Origin: Fistulifera solaris
Lineage: Eukaryota
Direction of reading: 5' to 3'
NCBI GenBank assembly: GCA_030295235.1
Contig: AP026124.1
Span: 2,294,001 to 2,358,000 of the forward strand
Length of the DNA: 64,000 nucleotides
The notes below the pieces were generated by a model. It ran no database searches and had not been told where the DNA came from. It saw only the letters and a list, made by a program, of their open reading frames with translations. A program made the position numbers and the translations under genes. Shown one piece after another: positions 59,214 to 64,000 of this stretch; position 1 is the stretch's first letter, and the number at the start of each line of letters is the position of its first letter.

Positions 59214-60941
59214 CTAGAATCGTAATCCCTCACAAATTCCACCGTCGTCATCCTCATCGTAGTCTTTCACTGTTTTGAAAACGTATTGAATGGTCATCAA
59301 CAAAGCCGCAATCAAAACCACGCCCCCAATCGCAAATGCTAGGTAGGAGTTCCTTTCATAGACACGACCACTGGCCGAAGTAGCGCGACGAGCTTGCTTC
59401 ATGAGATAGGATCCGATAATAGCGGAAATGAAACCAATACAAAAGCCTGCAACGGCAAAATCTTTCAGGATTAGCCCAAAGACCATGTACGACGACGTGG
59501 AACCTAGAGTGGTAAACATTGCCATAGCTGATGATGTAGCAGCAACGATAGCTGGATGTACACCCATCGTGTACATAATTGGAACCGTTATCACCCCTCC
59601 ACTGATACCGAGTGTGCCAGCGAAGAACCCGGCCATAACAAAAATGGCCGGGTATAGGATGGCGCTGCCGGCATCCCATTGAATGTCACCGTGCACGTAA
59701 TCAAATCGAACAAGCTTCTTGATTTCATGGCGACCGACTACATAAGTTTGCGCGACCCATGCGGAAGTGATTAAGAAGAGGAATATAATGAAATGGACCG
59801 ACCAAAAGGGCCATGAACCGCAACGAATGCCCAAGGGACTCGTAAAAGCCCCACCGCCTACCAGTACATTCAACGTTACGACGACGGAGAATATCGAAAA
59901 CGCTGCAATGATTTTGCCTCGCGGTGTAAATTTTTCCTGTTCAATCAAATCTGTGCGCAGCGTCACAAAATCGGGATTGACAATGAGAATCTGTTGTTTT
60001 TCCTCCGGATCCAAGGCGCGCTGCCGAGCAGCACCAAGAACGTTCGAATCAACTTCTTGCCATGTAGAGCTCTTCGGCAAAATACTTGTCGGACTTTCCG
60101 AAAGCTGTGTAGATTGTGAAGAGACTATCATCATGTGCCGGATGTAGCGCTTCTCCGCTCGATACATTCGCATGGCCTTCGACAAAGTAGCTTGCGCTGT
60201 GGCGGAAAGAATAACGACCAACAAGACGACGAGAAACTTTTCGGAGAATACTTGATGAAATAAAGTGCCCACAAGCGTCCCGGTTAAACTGAGCGGGCCC
60301 ATGATTAACACCAGATCCCAGTCAATCAAAGGCCGATCCGCCAGCGGATGCCGCCTTGTCCAGTTTAACAGCGTACAACCAAAAGAGGCCCCAAGTAGTG
60401 TAACAGCTCCGATGGGAACAGCCACCTTAAGCGGAAGTCCCATAACCAAGATGTAAACAGGAACGACGACACCGCCGCCCCCAATTCCTCCTGTTGCACC
60501 CAAGGTCAAGGCCATGCTAGCAACGGATAAACCCAAAATATAGCGGCTCGTCAATGGATACAGTTGGGGCGGTCCGGGGTCATCAATGAATGCATAAAAG
60601 TCATCATAATTGTCGTCGTCGGCGTCGGCTATGCCGTCGTCAAAGAAATCGTCGTTCTGGACATTATTATTGCCGTCGTCGGTCTTATCGTCGGTCTTTG
60701 CTTGATCGTCTGTTGTTTCCTCATTCTCCGCATCATTCTCAAACAAGTCGTCCTCGAAGAAGCCGTCGTCCTGATTCGTGAGACTACGTTGAAACCATGC
60801 GGTCAGCGGTCTCTGCTGGACGACGGTAGAAATGTTATTCTCGATCCAAGCTTTTTTGGAATACCCTGCCGCTGCAACAGACGACAGGAGACAGATGACA
60901 GTCGTTACCCGTTTACGTTTTCTTGTTTCATTCATTTTCAA
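59214..60941 (-). CDS. TauE/SafE-family (sulfite exporter-like) membrane protein with acidic N-terminal extension
   Basis: GGIGGGG..VP, HP.ADRPLIDWDL, AG.LGI.GG..P, VAATSS.M; two hydrophobic halves. Confidence 0.88.
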   Translation of the reverse strand: MKMNETRKRKRVTTVICLLSSVAAAGYSKKAWIENNISTVVQQRPLTAWFQRSLTNQDDGFFEDDLFENDAENEETTDDQAKTDDKTDDGNNNVQNDDFFDDGIADADDDNYDDFYAFIDDPGPPQLYPLTSRYILGLSVASMALTLGATGGIGGGGVVVPVYILVMGLPLKVAVPIGAVTLLGASFGCTLLNWTRRHPLADRPLIDWDLVLIMGPLSLTGTLVGTLFHQVFSEKFLVVLLVVILSATAQATLSKAMRMYRAEKRYIRHMMIVSSQSTQLSESPTSILPKSSTWQEVDSNVLGAARQRALDPEEKQQILIVNPDFVTLRTDLIEQEKFTPRGKIIAAFSIFSVVVTLNVLVGGGAFTSPLGIRCGSWPFWSVHFIIFLFLITSAWVAQTYVVGRHEIKKLVRFDYVHGDIQWDAGSAILYPAIFVMAGFFAGTLGISGGVITVPIMYTMGVHPAIVAATSSAMAMFTTLGSTSSYMVFGLILKDFAVAGFCIGFISAIIGSYLMKQARRATSASGRVYERNSYLAFAIGGVVLIAALLMTIQYVFKTVKDYDEDDDGGICEGLRF

Positions 60942-62598
60942 CGATATGCCTAGTCTTCTTAGAACGAAAAGGAAAAAGATAGTGACAAATACAATTCATC
61001 TGTTGCTGTGATACTCTCCAGGAATTCGATGTTCCTTTTGTTGAAAAACGGTAAAACGTGTTATTCTTACGCAACGGATTATTACTTAGACAATTTATCA
61101 AGGATAATTTTATTTACGAGATGATGGACGATTATTTTGTTCAGTTGGGTCACTCACATCAAGATAGTACCGAGACAAAGGTGCAATTTAGAGTTCGGTC
61201 CGGTTGCAGCTAGAGTGATTGATGAATGAAAACACAACAGAAAATATCGAGATCACACATCGGAAATAGAAAAAATCTACAAATCAACATCATTGCTCTT
61301 AGTTTCATCCGATACATATTTTCGTCACAGAAATCTGACGGGTAGTCAGAGAGGAATTTCCTCTTACGCGTCGTGAGACATTCTAAATCATAGCTCGACG
61401 GTTCTCACTCCGATAAGATTCCGGCTGGAGCGGCATGTTTGTGGCGTTACAATCTGAACACATTTGTAAGCGCTTATGATCCCATTATAAATTCAGTGTT
61501 ATATTAAGGTGAAGATTGGATTAAGCTGAGAAGGTTAAAGACCAGAGAGACCATAGGTCTACCAGGTAGTGTCTACAACTACAGGATTGAATCTTTATAC
61601 AGGATATGGAATAGTTTATGGGACATGGATGTATTACCCGGTACGGTGACTATTAACGAGAGATGGAATACTAGATGTACTAGATGATCGATGATGATTC
61701 GATTTGGGATATTGGACTACGAGATCTGACACTATGACAAGATTTCCAACGATGAAGGATGTAACCCACAGAAAGCAGCAAGCTCGAATGAATCATCTGG
61801 AAGTTCATCGAAGGAAAAACTAATCGTTAAAGTGTCGCTCGCAGCGGTAGGTGTCCAGTCTACAAAGTCTCCGTGTAAACTTGTTACTAGAAACAATAGC
61901 ACAACTTATAAAGGTGTCGGTAGTCAATAGTCCAAAAACAGTTAATAAATCACATTATTGTTCGAAACGTGACACCTTAATGACGCGTGTCGTTTAAAAT
62001 ATAAAATGTGTTGAGTCTTGGTGTCTCTATTTCTGTTCTACTTCGGCTTTTCTTCTCTGCGGCTTGCTGCACTTTTTGTTTAGCTTTAATGAATTAATAA
62101 GTGATAAGTGATAACCAGTAGGGTAGAGGCCCTCTCCCCTCTCCCCCGAGAGCCTCTCCCTCTCAGACTTCAGACTGGAGATTGTCTATGGTCCATTGTG
62201 TAGTCTTTGGTCTATCTTAGACTAACCATAAACGCTATGTGTTCTTAGATCAAGGACACCACGTGTCAGTCTATGCTCTACTGCCCGACGTCTTAAATCC
62301 AAGACTAAACCAATAAGATACCTGTAAGAATTGAGCAATGGGTTGAAAGCGCGTGGCCAATTACCGCGAAAGTGATTACAGCATACAATGGAGAAGCAAC
62401 ATCCATTTGCCGATTGGACTTCGGTGTGGACCAAGGTCACCACTCCGAACGTCACAAAAGCCGAAGCTATCTACTACGTAAAGGTTGGAACATCCCATTC
62501 AGCACCCCAGCCCCACATTACCCCGCTCTCTTTTAACGTGTACGCGGAGCAGGGCTATTTGATTGATGAAGCGGCAACATTTTACCTGTAGCGCCTTA

Positions 62599-63624
62599 AT
62601 GAATAGAAAAGAAAGCTCCAACGGGTCACCGTGTGAGGGTGGCTCTAACCCGTCCACCAGGATTGAAGATTCTGAGTCGCCAAAGAAGAGGAAAAGCGGT
62701 GATGGAGACGGTCAAGGCAAGCTTAGGCCAAAACGCCCTTTGACGGGATACAACCGGTTTTTCAAGGAAGAAAGAGTCAGATGGATGGAGCAGCAATCAA
62801 ATAGCGGAACGGAGGAGGTAAATTCGATGGAGAAGAAGCAGACCTTTCTGACCATGGGCAAGGAAATCAGTGCCAGGTGGGTTCGCCTCCCACGCGAGCA
62901 GAAAGAAAAGTATGTTGCCGAGTACGACAAAGAAATGTTTCAGTATCGTATTGATGTTGAAAACCACAATAGGGAGAAGGAACGCACGACTGCTCATGAT
63001 TGTGTTGCTGAGAGAGAGATAGACGAATCGGATTTGAAGGAACGAAGAGCGCAAGGACAAACTTCGGTCGACTGCTCGGCACCAGGGTCAAGTTCTCAAG
63101 GATCGATCGCCACAAATGTACTCCTGCAACGGCAGATGCTGGCAAATAACATGGCTTCGCGATCGATATTTAACCTCAATTCTTCCGCCACAGAACGTGC
63201 ACTCAATCAACTTTACCAAGAATGTCAATTTGGACTGCTTTTACAGCAACGCCTACTCGAGCGGCAAGTGCAGCGCGAGTGCCATTTACTAGCGCTCATG
63301 TCGCTCATGGGGGGGGGGGGGGGGGGGGGAAGCAGTGCCGTTGATACACAAGCTCCAAATTCCACCCTTCCCAATTTCCCGGGGACTGTTTCGGCCTCTT
63401 CCTACGGTGTTTTGTTAAGTGAAAACGTGCAAGTGCCTCTGCCGGAATATGTGCTAGGAGACTTGGTCGGGACAAGCAATACATACGCTGCGCTACCACG
63501 GCCCTTCAGTAGCGTAGGGACTGGAAACATGTCAACACGCGGGTACGAGCAGTTACTGCTATCTTCGCTTCTTCAACAAAGAGCTCGACAACAGCACAAT
63601 CACCCATCTTCAAACAACTCTTAA
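62599..63624 (+). CDS. HMG-box DNA-binding protein with Q/S-rich C-terminus
   Basis: RPKRPLTGYNRFFKEER..F..MGKEISARW..L..EQKEKY....KEM.QYR. Confidence 0.88.
   Translation: MNRKESSNGSPCEGGSNPSTRIEDSESPKKRKSGDGDGQGKLRPKRPLTGYNRFFKEERVRWMEQQSNSGTEEVNSMEKKQTFLTMGKEISARWVRLPREQKEKYVAEYDKEMFQYRIDVENHNREKERTTAHDCVAEREIDESDLKERRAQGQTSVDCSAPGSSSQGSIATNVLLQRQMLANNMASRSIFNLNSSATERALNQLYQECQFGLLLQQRLLERQVQRECHLLALMSLMGGGGGGGSSAVDTQAPNSTLPNFPGTVSASSYGVLLSENVQVPLPEYVLGDLVGTSNTYAALPRPFSSVGTGNMSTRGYEQLLLSSLLQQRARQQHNHPSSNNS
63309..63329 (+). repeat. 21-nt G homopolymer inside the HMG-box gene (poly-Gly)
   Basis: Seen directly; the exact length is unreliable in this assembly. Confidence 0.8.
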
Positions 63625-63715
63625 ACCTAATAGGCGAAAGACGCTTCGCTTCTACTATCGGACGTTACTTAAATAGTCTGTGGAATAGCAAGCTGCTTGT
63701 CCATGCCTCAGTTTC

Positions 63716-64000
63716 TTACTTTTTTCTTGAAGTAGGACGATCTACTTCGCTCAATCTCCTTTTGGCTCGCGCCCCCGACTGCATTCCCAAAGAGGCTTCT
63801 TCGTCCATGACATTGCCCAGACTGCTAGTTAAGACACCAACACCCACCAAAAGTCCCAATCCTACTAAAACTGGCACGTATGGCGGAGGTAACTCAGCGA
63901 GTTCCACGGCGTCAGCGGCCAAAGCGGCTGGCGCCGTTGCGAATACGGCGGCAGTTGTCAATTGTGGCAGCACCGGCCGGAGGTCGCGCATAGGCGACGT
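63716..64000 (-). CDS. 5'-partial small single-helix protein, probably thylakoid
   Basis: Ala-rich AALA-A lumenal-type signal, PPPYVP, one TM helix. One extra A near 63762 would give the tail AKKEIERSRSSYFKK. Confidence 0.55.
   Translation of the reverse strand, partial: TSPMRDLRPVLPQLTTAAVFATAPAALAADAVELAELPPPYVPVLVGLGLLVGVGVLTSSLGNVMDEEASLGMQSGARAKRRLSEVDRPTSRKK

Noticed and set aside
1..64000. CRISPR arrays, rRNA or prokaryotic operons
   Set aside because: No regularly spaced repeats or rRNA-like sequence were seen; gene structure is eukaryotic with spliceosomal introns.

Overview
Gene-dense eukaryotic nuclear DNA, most likely from a pennate diatom (inference: short GT-AG introns of 70-250 nt, bipartite plastid-targeting presequences with A-F cleavage sites, RxL motifs; Fistulifera-like but the species cannot be fixed by eye). 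It carries about 22 recognisable genes: tandem-domain RNase H, biotin synthase, YebC, an aberrant cytochrome P450, uS17m, IF3, ArfGAP, Mak21/Noc1, an AFG2-like AAA ATPase, two tandem M43 metalloproteases, an ABC1 kinase, a TPR protein, SmD3, RPB5, SAH hydrolase, a COG3899-like STAND ATPase, DUF1826, a TPM-TM-RING protein, LSm6, a NAR1-type FNT channel, TauE/SafE and an HMG-box factor. Between about 0.3-2.3 kb and 12-25.5 kb lies an array of at least 13 intact, truncated or chimeric copies of an unannotated ~500-aa intronless family (two subtypes) that looks to be in birth-and-death evolution. Many genes, including essential ones, have single-base frameshifts mostly in homopolymer runs; these are most likely assembly errors. 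Main leads: the expanded family, the effector-less STAND ATPase, a six-fold TGACGT cluster upstream of the NAR1-type channel, a P450 that appears to lack its heme loop, a possible poison-splice switch in SmD3, and GTAC-rich promoter elements.
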